From: Spirochaetota bacterium
GTDB lineage: Bacteria > Spirochaetota > UBA4802 > UBA5550
Direction of reading: 5' to 3'
Assembly (NCBI GenBank): GCA_963663865.1
Contig: OY760686.1
Location: 2,624,001 to 2,688,000, forward strand
DNA: 64,000 nucleotides
A model generated the notes under the pieces. It had not been told where the DNA came from. It worked only from the letters and a program-made list of their open reading frames with translations, and ran no database searches. A program made the position numbers and the translations under genes. Below, one piece after another: positions 1 through 9,807 of the stretch; the stretch's first letter is position 1; each line of letters opens with the position of its first letter.

Positions 1-706
1 ACTGAAGCGGCGAGGGGTCAGACGCGTTAGCAGCAACCACTATTGTATAATCCATTGCTTCATATTCGGTAAGTTTCTCCACAACCGAAGCGACAGTAGA
101 TGCTTTTTGTCCAACTGCAACATATACGCAAATAACGCCCTTGCCTTTTTGATTTATTATTGTATCAATTGCTATTGCAGTTTTTCCTGTTTTCCTGTCT
201 CCAATTATGAGCTCACGCTGTCCACGCCCGATAGGAGTCATGGAATCAACGGCCTTAACACCTGTCTGTAAAGGCTCTTTAACAGGCTGTCTGTCAGCAA
301 TTCCAGGCGCGTAAAACTCAACTGGTCTCATATTGTCTGTCTGAATAGGGCCTTTTCCGTCCAATGGCTCACCAAGTGGAGTAACAACACGTCCGAGCAA
401 AGCATTCCCGACTGGAACAGCAAGAATAGTACCAAGCCTCTTTACATTGTCACCCTCATGAATCGTCGTAAAATCACCAAGTACAGCCGCTCCGATACTG
501 TCCTCTTCAAGGTTTAGAACCATTCCCTGGGCACCGTTCTCAAACTCAAGCATCTCCCCTGCCATAGCGTTTCTTAATCCGTAAATTCTGGCAGTTCCGT
601 CAGCAACCTGAATAACGGTGCCGACTTCAGAGACATCCAGGCTGTCCTTAAAGCCTTCTATTTCTTTCCTGAGAATCGATTTTATCTCTTCTGTCTTAAT
701 CTTCAT
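1..706 (-). CDS. atpA: F1 ATP synthase subunit alpha, 5' part (truncated by window edge)
   Basis: Manual translation from ATG at 706: [44 protein letters not shown]..., with [17 protein letters not shown] Walker A region. Overlaps the atpH stop. Not in the ORF track because it runs off the edge. Confidence 0.97.
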   Translation of the reverse strand, partial: MKIKTEEIKSILRKEIEGFKDSLDVSEVGTVIQVADGTARIYGLRNAMAGEMLEFENGAQGMVLNLEEDSIGAAVLGDFTTIHEGDNVKRLGTILAVPVGNALLGRVVTPLGEPLDGKGPIQTDNMRPVEFYAPGIADRQPVKEPLQTGVKAVDSMTPIGRGQRELIIGDRKTGKTAIAIDTIINQKGKGVICVYVAVGQKASTVASVVEKLTEYEAMDYTIVVAANASDPSPLQ

Positions 707-1265
707 AGGTTGCTTCGCTCCTCACCTCACTATTTAACAAACTCTGTCTCATCCTCTTCAAACTGTTAGATAAAGAAGCATCAATAAGGATGTCACCTGA
801 CTTAATTATAATTCCGCCGATAATATTTTCATCAATCTCCTGGGTAATATCGACTTTTGATTTCCAGATTTTTTCCAGCTGTGCGCCGAGGGACGCAATG
901 ACTTCATTATTCAGCCTGTCACTCGTTATAAGTCTAACTCTCTTGATACTGTTTTTGTCATCAAGTATGTCGCGCATCGCCGAGTTTATATCAACGATAA
1001 TACCCTGCCTGTCTTTCTCAATTAAGAGAGAAAGAAAATTAACCGTCATAGCAACTGAAGTTTTCCCCAGAGACTTCTCAATAAAGGCTGTCTTGGCTGC
1101 AGAGGAAAAGGAAGGAGACAGCATAAAGTCCCTGAATTCAACAGATTCCTCGAAAAATCCTGAAACTGCGCCTATTTCCTGGAACACCTCATCATGCACC
1201 CCGGCGTTCAGCGCTGCTTCGTATAATGATTCAGCATATACTCTGGCTATATCGTTTGATGCCAC
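696..1265 (-). CDS. atpH: F1 ATP synthase subunit delta
   Basis: [10 protein letters not shown]-terminus and [22 protein letters not shown]-terminal motif; lies between atpF and atpA. Confidence 0.95.
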   Translation of the reverse strand: MASNDIARVYAESLYEAALNAGVHDEVFQEIGAVSGFFEESVEFRDFMLSPSFSSAAKTAFIEKSLGKTSVAMTVNFLSLLIEKDRQGIIVDINSAMRDILDDKNSIKRVRLITSDRLNNEVIASLGAQLEKIWKSKVDITQEIDENIIGGIIIKSGDILIDASLSNSLKRMRQSLLNSEVRSEATYED

Positions 1266-1295
1266 ATTACTTTCCTGATATTGATATTAAACTCA

Positions 1296-1808
1296 TTACT
1301 GTCGAAAGGCGCCAATCTTACTCACCGCCTCTTCAACCAGTCCCTTCTGGTCATCAGGATTCAGGTTTTTCCGAATTATCCTCGAAGCAACCTCAGTTGA
1401 AATAACCACGATGTCCTTTCGTATTTCCTGAAGAGCGTTTTCTTTGGCAATTTGGAGCTCCCGCTTTACTTTTTCAGAAAGCGCACGCGACTCCGCTCCG
1501 GCTTTTTCAAGGATTTCTGCCTTAATCCTTTCCGCCTCTTCCCGTGCACGCGAAATAATCGCGTCAGCTTCCCCTTTAGCGGCTCCAAGAATTGCATTGT
1601 TATCCTCAAGCACTTTCTCTGCTTTCTGCCTTGTTCTATCAGCAGTCTCTATGTCGTTTCTGACCTTCTCCGCCCTCGAATCCAGTGCCCTCACTATGGG
1701 CTTCCAGGCTGCCTTCCAGAGAATGAGGAGAAGGACCGCAAACGTTATTACTGTCCAGAGAAGCAGCCCCGGATCGACTTTAAGCAGTCCCTCTTTTATC
1801 GCATCCAT
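1296..1808 (-). CDS. atpF: Fo ATP synthase subunit b
   Basis: DPGLLLWTVITF..AWKPI single TM helix followed by a charged coiled coil; operon position. Confidence 0.95.
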   Translation of the reverse strand: MDAIKEGLLKVDPGLLLWTVITFAVLLLILWKAAWKPIVRALDSRAEKVRNDIETADRTRQKAEKVLEDNNAILGAAKGEADAIISRAREEAERIKAEILEKAGAESRALSEKVKRELQIAKENALQEIRKDIVVISTEVASRIIRKNLNPDDQKGLVEEAVSKIGAFRQ

Positions 1809-1833
1809 TTATTTAACCCGCTAATCCCCGGCC

Positions 1834-2124
1834 TTATTGCTGGGCCTGTGCTTCAGTTTGCTGCTGAGGCTGGACAGGAGCTGCAGCAGGTTCTGGCGAC
1901 TTGGTAGCGAGCATAAACGTAATAACTAGCGCAAAAAAAGTGAAACCCTCAATAAGCGCCGCTGCAATAATCATTGAGGTTCTCAAATCACCGCTCATTT
2001 CCGGCTGCCTTGCCATTCCTTCGATAGCTCCTGACGCTAAACGCCCGATTCCAAGTGCGGCACCGAAAACCACAAGACCAGCTCCAAGACCGGCTCCAAG
2101 ATACGCAAAACCTAAATATTCCAT
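1834..2124 (-). CDS. atpE: Fo ATP synthase subunit c (H+-type motif, Pro/Gln-rich C-terminal tail)
   Basis: GxGxG helix, ARQPE loop, ALIEG with the conserved carboxylate. Confidence 0.97.
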   Translation of the reverse strand: MEYLGFAYLGAGLGAGLVVFGAALGIGRLASGAIEGMARQPEMSGDLRTSMIIAAALIEGFTFFALVITFMLATKSPEPAAAPVQPQQQTEAQAQQ

Positions 2125-2176
2125 CCTTTTCCTCCTGATAACTTATATGCTTTAATATTCACTAATAAACTCAAAA

Positions 2177-3043
2177 TTAATGCGAATGCATTGACTCTCC
2201 AATAAACATAGCCGAAAGCGCTGTAAAAATATAAGCCTGAATAAATCCTACCAGCAGTTCGAGAAGATAAATCATAAGCGCACCCGCCACTGAACCTATA
2301 CCAACAAAATAGCTCTGAAACATCATTACAAGATATAGAAAAATAATGATTACTATATGGCCTGCCGTCATATTTGCGAAAAGTCGCACAGTAAGTGAAA
2401 ACGGCTTTATGACAAGACTCATGAGCTCAATCACCCAGAGTAATGGAAACAGGGGCGCCGGAATTCCCCCGGGCACAATGCCCCGCACTATCCACAGCGG
2501 ACCGTTTTTAACGAAACCAACAACGATAATGCCTAAAAGCGTAAAAAGAGCAAGCCCACCGGTAACAGCAAGGTTACCGGTCGCCGTTGCCGATCCGGGC
2601 AGCAGACCCAATAGATTTGCGAAAAGAATAAAAAAGAAAACCGTACAAAAATACGGCATAGCCTTACGTCTCACCGGCCCATGGAAATTCGGCTCAACTA
2701 TTTCATCATGAATATAAGAGATAAGAACCTCCCACATATTCACCCATCTTGACCGTGACCCCATGGAGTCGCGCTTGATCTTTCTTGAGAGAGGCACAAA
2801 TATGACCACACAAAGAAGCGCTGCAATCCAGAGCATTACAACCCACTTGGTTATGCGCATGTCGAATATTCCAAAGAGCTTCTCTGAAAGATACTTCTCA
2901 TTTATAGCTCCGATGAAACCGCCCGTCAGAACGTGGTCTGTGAGGTGATGCATAACCACATCATATATGGATTCACCGCCCTCACCGGATGAGCTCGCGG
3001 TTGAGGTAATAAAACCCGATATTCTGTTCAGAAAAAGCACCAT
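2177..3043 (-). CDS. atpB: Fo ATP synthase subunit a
   Basis: NLLGLLP, SLTVRLFANMTAGH (essential Arg) and IQAYIF motifs. Confidence 0.97.
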   Translation of the reverse strand: MVLFLNRISGFITSTASSSGEGGESIYDVVMHHLTDHVLTGGFIGAINEKYLSEKLFGIFDMRITKWVVMLWIAALLCVVIFVPLSRKIKRDSMGSRSRWVNMWEVLISYIHDEIVEPNFHGPVRRKAMPYFCTVFFFILFANLLGLLPGSATATGNLAVTGGLALFTLLGIIVVGFVKNGPLWIVRGIVPGGIPAPLFPLLWVIELMSLVIKPFSLTVRLFANMTAGHIVIIIFLYLVMMFQSYFVGIGSVAGALMIYLLELLVGFIQAYIFTALSAMFIGESMHSH

Positions 3044-3161
3044 CTGATACCCCGATAATCAAGACGCGAATTATAAAAAACGCTATACCTAAATCTCAAA
3101 AAATTAACTAATCAAACAATTATAATCCTGATATTTTATGTAAATACTTTTTTAAAAAAAA

Positions 3162-3428
3162 TTAAAGCCATTTCGTTCTGTCCTTATCCAGGTCTTCACG
3201 CACATCCCCGCTGCTCTTTTTTGGCGGCAGTAGACGCTTAAGCAGGTTATAAAAACCGAGCACCACACCAACAAAGGCCCCAACCGCAACAAATAGAGGA
3301 CTACTCCCCTTTACTGAATCGAGATAATATCCTCCATAAACAAAGATAAGAACCGTTACTGCAAGCTGCAACCCTACAGAAATATACCTCATCCCCTCGC
3401 CCGGAGAAGAACCGTGCCCGTTCTTCAT
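3162..3428 (-). CDS. AtpZ/AtpI-family small membrane protein (first gene of the atp operon)
   Basis: Two TM segments with GYYLD motif typical of the ATPase gene-1 family. ATG at 3428 is preceded by GAGGTG. Confidence 0.8.
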   Translation of the reverse strand: MKNGHGSSPGEGMRYISVGLQLAVTVLIFVYGGYYLDSVKGSSPLFVAVGAFVGVVLGFYNLLKRLLPPKKSSGDVREDLDKDRTKWL

Positions 3429-3577
3429 AAAACACCTCTTGAGCATTATAAACCGGTTCGCCTGTCTTTGTCAAGACTCAATGTAATTTTAATCAAACAC
3501 TTCCAGCCTATTGCCGATACTTAAAACGTCAGACAATGATTTTATGACGCCTCCAATACATCGACCAGGAAGCAGGA

Positions 3578-3829
3578 ATGAAAGTATCTATCAATATTAT
3601 TGAACAGGGAAACGAATTTATAGCCAATTGTCCCGAGCTCGACATAAACTGCTACGGCCAGAACAAAAATGAAGCGGTTAGAAGAATACAAAACGTCATC
3701 AGATTCTATGTCGATTCCGCACGCGAACTTGGGCTTGAAATTGAGGATTTGAACGAAATAAAAATCGAAGGAGAAAGTCTTTTCAAGCCTGACAGAACAT
3801 CAAACCAGGCAACTTTCGTCATTAATTAA
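3578..3829 (+). CDS. HicB-like (antitoxin N-terminal fold) small protein
   Basis: FIANCPELDINCYGQNKNEAV...IRFYV matches the HicB pattern (xPEL..x..G.T.EEA). AGGA SD upstream. Confidence 0.65.
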   Translation: MKVSINIIEQGNEFIANCPELDINCYGQNKNEAVRRIQNVIRFYVDSARELGLEIEDLNEIKIEGESLFKPDRTSNQATFVIN

Positions 3830-3857
3830 AAAAGCCGGAGTCATAAACCCCGGCTTT
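3828..3857. terminator. Bidirectional intrinsic terminator
   Basis: AAAAAAGCCGG-agtcataaac-CCCGGCTTT hairpin between convergent genes. Confidence 0.7.
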
Positions 3858-3902
3858 ATAATCTTTTCAGCTGTTTCTTAATACGAACTGGATAAACTTG
3901 CT

Positions 3903-5351
3903 TTATTTCTTTGTGTCTGCTTTTTTAGGGCGCTTATTCTCTTTCTTTTCCTTCTTTTCATCCTTAACAAGATACTTCTCGTTTATTGAGAATTTATACT
4001 TTTTCAACATAGCATCTTCCCAATCTGTTCTCTTTTTCATTCTTGTTTTGGATATAAGCGAGTCGGAAAGCTGTGCTTTCATATCAGCATAAGACTTGAT
4101 AGGAGTTTTCAACTTGGGATCTGTAACTCTTTTCTGCGTATTTTTCATTCTCTCAACGTAAGTATTGTACTCGTCTCGAATGTCTTTTTCGGTAATATTG
4201 ACGCCGCCCATAACTGCATCGTTTCTGTACGCAGCGTAGACAGCAGTGTTTTTGAACGACTCCCATCTATCCAGATACTTCTTGTCTTTATCCATACCCT
4301 TCTTCAGAGCTTCACGTGACATGTATCTTTCATAGAATAACCTGTCGGCAAACTGCCTTTTCATCTGTGTTGTCCGCTGCTCAGGCTTATTGACTACAGA
4401 GGTAGGCTTGGCTTTTTCAAGATAATCAATGAGCTTGTTAAAATCCCCAACTGTCAGCTTGAAATCACCTACAGAAAAGAGCAGATCTGCAGCTTTATTG
4501 AAGTTAGCCGTTTTAACATTATTTACAAGATCCTTGGAGTTTCTCAGATCTTCCATGTATTTTGAAATTGCAGCAGTCTGCAGTCTTGTTTTAAACCTTG
4601 CTGCCTGCTTTTCATCATCGAAAGAACCATCTATATTTTTATCAGTCAGGTTCTTCTTCTCTTTAAGCTTCACTATATAGTAACCAGTAGCAACCTTTAC
4701 CGGCTCCTTCGTGTACTCGCCTTTTTTTAGAGCATTTGCAGCGTCAAATACTTCCTGCTCTCTCATCCCTTTGATGATAAAGCCAATTTCTCCGCCCTTT
4801 TTTGCTGTGTAGTCGTCTGAGTTTTTCTTGGCCACTTCTTTGAAATCAGCCCCGCCTGCGAGCTCTCCGAGAATTTTGTTAACCTTTTCAAGCTTCTCGC
4901 TGAAAGCCTTTTTCAACTCAGCATCGGAAAGCTTAACTCTTTTGCCTTTTACAATCTTGTAGTTATCAACCTTTACTTTAATGAGGTCAATATCTACAGC
5001 CGGCTCATCGTAAGTTAGAATATCTTTAAGGTTTTTCCTGTAGTATTCAGCCAGGAGACTGAGCTTGACATAGGAAAGATAGGTTTTAAAACCTTCTGTT
5101 GATGTGAATCCGGTCTTATCAGCTTCCATAATTCCGATTTTTTCAAGCATCATTTCATTGATTCTGTTTATCTGAGATTGAGCTGTTCTGAATACGAGTT
5201 TTTCTGAAAGGCCGCGGCTTGAATACCAATCTTCGAATTCTCCGCGTGTTATCTTTCCACCGTCATATGTTGCCATCACATCGCTGTCCATCTTACAGCC
5301 GATGCCCGCAACTAACAGCGCTGCTGCTAGAACCGACAAATACTTCTTCAT
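3903..5351 (-). CDS. Parvulin-type peptidyl-prolyl isomerase lipoprotein (PrsA/SurA-like)
   Basis: Lipobox LVAGIGC; FKEVAKKNSDD..KKGGEIGF and PVKVATGYYIVK parvulin motifs. Confidence 0.85.
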   Translation of the reverse strand: MKKYLSVLAAALLVAGIGCKMDSDVMATYDGGKITRGEFEDWYSSRGLSEKLVFRTAQSQINRINEMMLEKIGIMEADKTGFTSTEGFKTYLSYVKLSLLAEYYRKNLKDILTYDEPAVDIDLIKVKVDNYKIVKGKRVKLSDAELKKAFSEKLEKVNKILGELAGGADFKEVAKKNSDDYTAKKGGEIGFIIKGMREQEVFDAANALKKGEYTKEPVKVATGYYIVKLKEKKNLTDKNIDGSFDDEKQAARFKTRLQTAAISKYMEDLRNSKDLVNNVKTANFNKAADLLFSVGDFKLTVGDFNKLIDYLEKAKPTSVVNKPEQRTTQMKRQFADRLFYERYMSREALKKGMDKDKKYLDRWESFKNTAVYAAYRNDAVMGGVNITEKDIRDEYNTYVERMKNTQKRVTDPKLKTPIKSYADMKAQLSDSLISKTRMKKRTDWEDAMLKKYKFSINEKYLVKDEKKEKKENKRPKKADTKK

Positions 5352-5507
5352 TACTTACTCCTTGATAGTGAAGGTTTTTTTAGCTGGTATCCCTTGCTAC
5401 GGGTATGACATAAAAATGTCAATTTGAATTTATATATAACCCGAAATTTGAGGACCGCTATGTTGGATTAATCTGAGTTACAGGGTGATGAATATGTTAC
5501 AAAAAAA

Positions 5508-6617
5508 TCATATCTGAGCTCTAACTGACAGCTGAGCGTTGATATCGCTTCCATTAGTCAGGTCAACCGCGGATTCAAAAACAATCCTGACTACAATTGC
5601 ATCCAATTCAATCCCGAGGATATAGTACGGTTTTATGATGCCCGGACTGTATCGGTGTGTGGACAGCCCCTGAATACTGTCTACGGGATTATTGGTTACG
5701 GAAAGAAACTCTCCGGAAGTCGTCACAACGTCGCCTTCAGCATTGAGCTCAAGATTAAGTCCCCCGTAACTGAAAGCCAGGCCAAATCCTGTGTAGGCGT
5801 TAAAAATACCGAGAAATTCTCCATACACAAGCGTCTGAGCGCTTATTGAGGTGAGAAACCATTTGAAATAGGCCGAATAAGTCGATTCGAAATCCAGCGG
5901 AAGAGCTACTTCGCTACCGGCGGCATCTACATGAGCGGTATAAGAATACGTGTACTGGCCTGAAAACTTAATATTACCGTACATGACATCACCCCCCGCT
6001 GAAAGAGTCAACCCGCCAAAATTAAATATTCCGGGAAGAAAAGTCTTCCTTTTTAGTGCAGCATACCTCAGTCTACCGCCAAAGGAGTAAATGTTAAAGC
6101 TCTCCAGCTTGACCTCATCCCTGTCAACAGGGGGACGGTACATTCCAGTGCTGAAGGCAAAAGCCTTACCGATGAGGTCCAGATTAGAACTGAGGCCTAT
6201 ACCGAAGCTCACAGCGGGATTTACTGCAAAAGCCGGATATTCGCCCTGCTCAGACTCATACTGGTCGTCAAAGAATCTCATATTAGACATCCCGCCGGTC
6301 ACGCCGGCTGACAGGAACAGCCTGCCTGGACCGCCGAGGTTGGAGTCTCCGACAGCGTAACCTCCAAGGTTGGCAAGCGCATAGGCATTAGCCATTGCCG
6401 GACCGTAGTCAGCACAAAGCGACTCGAACTCGGCCACAGTCTCCTGAATTCCAAGATCTGTCAGATTCCCGTATCCGCTTGAGGTTATCTCTGTCTTCGC
6501 GGCAGCATCTAAGGCAGCACATATTATCAATATTGCCGCTGCAGCTGTCACGCGAAAACGTTTTTTTATTGGACTTTCCGCCATAATATGATTTTCGTCA
6601 GGAGCAGGAAATAACAT
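5508..6617 (-). CDS. Exported, probably outer-membrane beta-rich protein of unknown function (Lsa36/DUF6588-like by resemblance)
   Basis: Signal-peptide-like N-terminus, alternating beta-strand patterns, YTGFGL motif. Start uncertain (6617 or 6584). Confidence 0.5.
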   Translation of the reverse strand: MLFPAPDENHIMAESPIKKRFRVTAAAAILIICAALDAAAKTEITSSGYGNLTDLGIQETVAEFESLCADYGPAMANAYALANLGGYAVGDSNLGGPGRLFLSAGVTGGMSNMRFFDDQYESEQGEYPAFAVNPAVSFGIGLSSNLDLIGKAFAFSTGMYRPPVDRDEVKLESFNIYSFGGRLRYAALKRKTFLPGIFNFGGLTLSAGGDVMYGNIKFSGQYTYSYTAHVDAAGSEVALPLDFESTYSAYFKWFLTSISAQTLVYGEFLGIFNAYTGFGLAFSYGGLNLELNAEGDVVTTSGEFLSVTNNPVDSIQGLSTHRYSPGIIKPYYILGIELDAIVVRIVFESAVDLTNGSDINAQLSVRAQI

Positions 6618-6630
6618 TAAAGAATATGGA

Positions 6631-7413
6631 TTATCCTTCGATATTCATTTCTATTTGCGCATATGCTGAATGATTATGTATTGATTCCATGTTCTCGGAT
6701 TCAACTGAAAAACTCACAATTCCCTTCAGTTTTCTCAGCTCAACCGCCGCGTTTCTTACAATGTCTTCAACAAAAACCGGATTTTCATAAGATTTTTCAG
6801 TGATATACTTCTCATCTTCCCGTTTGAGTATTGAATATATCTCAGAGCTGCCTGATTTTTCAGCTATTGAGACAACGTCCTCAATCCATATACGCTCCTT
6901 TGCCTGGATAGTCACGGAAAGATAGGACCTCTGATTATGGGCTCCATAGCTTGATATTTCTTTGGAGCATGGACATAGTGAAAGCACTGGCACCCTCACA
7001 GTAAGAGCATAGTAATCGTGGTCGGAGTTTGCTGTAAGTCTGCACTGGTACTCCATTTTGGCTTTTTCCCCGGACACCGGGGCTTCCTTAGTCATAAAGA
7101 ACGGAAATTCTATCTCGAAATGCGCTGTTTCTGCGGCAAGCTCCAGCTTCATATCAGCCAATATGCTTTTAATGTTCAGTGTACTGATCCCTTTTCTATA
7201 ACGGTTAAGAATCTCTATAAAACGGCTCATATGCGTCCCTCTGAAATGATGAGGGAGGTTAACATACATATTAACCTTTGCTACTGTGTGCTGTTCCCCG
7301 TCCGCCCTGTCCAGCACAACAACAGGATATGAAATATCCTTTACTCCTACTTTATTAATCGCCAAATTCCTGTGGTCAGGTTCTGACTGAATATCTCTGA
7401 GTTTTTTTTTCAT
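6631..7413 (-). CDS. folE2: GTP cyclohydrolase IB (FolE2)
   Basis: RGTHMSRF, LCPCSKEIS..GAHNQRS, NPVFVED and ESIHNHSAYA motifs. Confidence 0.95.
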   Translation of the reverse strand: MKKKLRDIQSEPDHRNLAINKVGVKDISYPVVVLDRADGEQHTVAKVNMYVNLPHHFRGTHMSRFIEILNRYRKGISTLNIKSILADMKLELAAETAHFEIEFPFFMTKEAPVSGEKAKMEYQCRLTANSDHDYYALTVRVPVLSLCPCSKEISSYGAHNQRSYLSVTIQAKERIWIEDVVSIAEKSGSSEIYSILKREDEKYITEKSYENPVFVEDIVRNAAVELRKLKGIVSFSVESENMESIHNHSAYAQIEMNIEG

Positions 7414-8195
7414 TATTTCACCGATCCCCCGGCCTCAAGCTTTGTTAAAATCAGCGGGCCGTTTTCCGTAACTGCAACAGTATGCTCATACTGTACAGCC
7501 GTTGAACCGTCTTCAGTCTCAATCTCCCATATGTCATCATTTTTTTTAAGAGCCGCCACTCCAGAGGTCAAAATAGGCTCAATAGCGAGGACAAGTCCGG
7601 GCCTCATCTCAATATCCTGCCCGCTATTTCTGTAAGAAGGCACTGCAGGCGGTTCGTGCAATGCAAAGCCGACACCATGTCCGGTCAGATTACGAATAAC
7701 GCTAAATCCTCCGGATTCCGCTTCATCTTCAATAGCGTTTCCTATGTCGGATATTCTGTTGCCCGGAAGCAGCACTGATACTGCACGATTAAGGGCCTTC
7801 TCACAGCAACAGGCCAGATCAAGTGTGCGTTGTTCAGCGCCATCCACAATAAAGGTTCTGCAGGAATCACTGAAATATCCGTTCAGGGATATGCCTATAT
7901 CCACCTTGACTGCATCCCCTCTCTTGATTGTACGCTTTTTGGATGGAACGCCGTGAACAGCCACTTCATTTATTGAAATACAGCTTGCAAATCCGTAATC
8001 CCTTAATGTCTTGAAGGCGGCCCTTGCTCCCAGTCTCACAATCTGTTCATCTATCAGGGAATCAAGCTCCCAGGTTGTCATACCTGCAAGGTCAATCCGT
8101 GAGAGGCTTTCAAAAACCCGGGCTGATACGCGTCCCGCCTCACGGATGCGCATTATCTCGTCCTTCGTCTTCAGCCTTATTCCCGAAGCTTTCAC
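7413..8195 (-). CDS. map: Methionine aminopeptidase type I
   Basis: CISINEVAVHGVP, VDIG..D, GHGVGFALHE.P, AIEP and QYEHT metal-ligand motifs. Confidence 0.95.
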   Translation of the reverse strand: MKASGIRLKTKDEIMRIREAGRVSARVFESLSRIDLAGMTTWELDSLIDEQIVRLGARAAFKTLRDYGFASCISINEVAVHGVPSKKRTIKRGDAVKVDIGISLNGYFSDSCRTFIVDGAEQRTLDLACCCEKALNRAVSVLLPGNRISDIGNAIEDEAESGGFSVIRNLTGHGVGFALHEPPAVPSYRNSGQDIEMRPGLVLAIEPILTSGVAALKKNDDIWEIETEDGSTAVQYEHTVAVTENGPLILTKLEAGGSVK

Positions 8196-8213
8196 GCGCA
8201 GACACTGAAGCTA

Positions 8214-9302
8214 CTAATTTTCCGCTTCAGCCGATACCTCCGCGGTTTTCTTTGGCGTTTTAGCGTTTGCCTGTCCATCGGGCTTTTCTTCTTCTTTTAC
8301 AAGGCCGGTGGCAATTTTCACCTGTCTCTCGACAGTCTCCGCTATTTTCGGATTTTCCCTGAGATAGTTTTTCGCGTTTTCCCGCCCCTGGCCTATCCGC
8401 TCCTCACCATAGGAGTACCAGGTTCCCGCCTTCTTAATGATATCGAACTGCACGCCAAGATCAAGCACTCCGCCTTCCCTTGATATTCCAGAGTTGAACA
8501 ATATGTCAAATTCAGCCTGCCTGAATGGCGGCGCTACCTTGTTTTTTACAACCTTTACCCTGACTCTGTTTCCGATAGCTTCGTCTCCGTTTTTAAGCGT
8601 CTCAATCCTGCGGATGTCAAGCCTCACAGAGGAATAAAACTTCAGGGCGTTGCCGCCAGTTGTTGTTTCAGGAGAGCCGAACATAACACCGATCTTGTAT
8701 CTGATCTGGTTAATGAAAACAACGGATGTTTTTGATTTCGCTATCACGCCGGTAAGCTTTCTAAGAGCCTGACTCATCAGCCTTGCCTGAAGTCCCATGT
8801 GAGCATCACCCATATCACCGTCAATCTCGGCCTTTGGAACAAGCGCGGCTACTGAATCGACTACGATTATATCAACAGCCCCTGACCTTACAAGGGCCTC
8901 TGTGATTTCAAGCGCCTCTTCACCAGTGTCGGGCTGGGATACGAGCAGATCATCAGTCTTAACCCCGAGTTTCGCGGCATACTGAGGATCAAGAGCGTGT
9001 TCTGCATCAACAAATGCAGCGACTCCGCCCTTCATCTGAGCCTGGGCAACCGCATGAAGCGTAAGAGTAGTCTTTCCTGATGATTCAGGGCCGTAAATTT
9101 CAATCACCCTGCCCCTTGGCAGTCCTCCGATTCCAAGAGCTACGTCCAGTTCGAGAGATCCTGTGGATATTGACGGAATCTGGACCTTAGACGACTCATC
9201 CCCGAGCCTCATGATTGATCCCTTTCCGAACTGTTTTTCAATCTGCATTATAGCCGAATCAAGCGCCTGTGTCTTCTGATTCAGCTCCTTCTGGTCTGCC
9301 AT
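8214..9302 (-). CDS. recA: Recombinase RecA
   Basis: [27 protein letters not shown] and GGNALKFY motifs. Confidence 0.99.
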   Translation of the reverse strand: MADQKELNQKTQALDSAIMQIEKQFGKGSIMRLGDESSKVQIPSISTGSLELDVALGIGGLPRGRVIEIYGPESSGKTTLTLHAVAQAQMKGGVAAFVDAEHALDPQYAAKLGVKTDDLLVSQPDTGEEALEITEALVRSGAVDIIVVDSVAALVPKAEIDGDMGDAHMGLQARLMSQALRKLTGVIAKSKTSVVFINQIRYKIGVMFGSPETTTGGNALKFYSSVRLDIRRIETLKNGDEAIGNRVRVKVVKNKVAPPFRQAEFDILFNSGISREGGVLDLGVQFDIIKKAGTWYSYGEERIGQGRENAKNYLRENPKIAETVERQVKIATGLVKEEEKPDGQANAKTPKKTAEVSAEAEN

Positions 9303-9550
9303 TACATAACTCCTTGTGTTAATAATTATATTCTAAGTCCGTATTTCAGATAAACGTTTCATGCCAGCGAGCTGTTAAATCTTATGTCTCATTCAAACTC
9401 ATTTTTTCCATACTTTACTTGCCGACAATCAGAGAAACAGCTATTTATGGAAATTACACTTTTTAATATTGATATTTTTCAATCTTACAGCAAAAAAGCA
9501 AGTGTTATTTAAGACCTATTTTAGATGTAGCCTGGCCTGAAATTATCTGA

Positions 9551-9679
9551 TCAGTTCCTTGCTCTACGGTCCTTTCTGTTCACCGGAATTGCGATCAAAA
9601 CAGATGTTCTATTATTAGCAAAAATGACCCTGAATAGCAGACATAACCCTGAGACCCATAGTATTATAAATGAACTCAT
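9551..9679 (-). CDS. Unannotated 42-aa small membrane protein (MSSFIILWVSGLCLLFRVIFANNRTSVLIAIPVNRKDRRARN)
   Basis: ATG with GGAGGT SD 5 nt upstream; TTGACA at 9731-9726; hydrophobic N-half and basic tail. Below the ORF-track length cutoff. Confidence 0.55.
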   Translation of the reverse strand: MSSFIILWVSGLCLLFRVIFANNRTSVLIAIPVNRKDRRARN

Positions 9680-9695
9680 TATCAACCTCCGTTAT

Positions 9696-9717
9696 ATACT
9701 ACATATACATATAGTAT
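9696..9717. promoter_or_regulatory. Palindromic operator-like site ATACTA-N10-TAGTAT
   Basis: Inverted repeat between the TTGACA (-35-like) box and the SD of the 42-aa ORF. Confidence 0.35.
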
Positions 9718-9762
9718 CGGCCAACTGTCAAGAATATTTACTATATTTATGTGTAGCTATAC

Positions 9763-9788
9763 AAAAAGGGCCCCAGAAGGGGCCCTTT
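9763..9788 (-). terminator. Intrinsic terminator of leuA
   Basis: AAAGGGCCCC-ttct-GGGGCCCTTTTT on the minus strand, about 20 nt after the leuA stop. Confidence 0.8.
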
Positions 9789-9807
9789 GGAAGTTTTGAA
9801 TCACTTT

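Noticed and set aside
3578-3829. Complete HicAB toxin-antitoxin module
   Set aside because: No HicA-like ORF on either side; the flanks are the atp promoter region and a terminator.
9303-9550. Leptospira-type LexA box (TTTG-N5-CAAA) immediately upstream of recA
   Set aside because: No convincing match found by eye.
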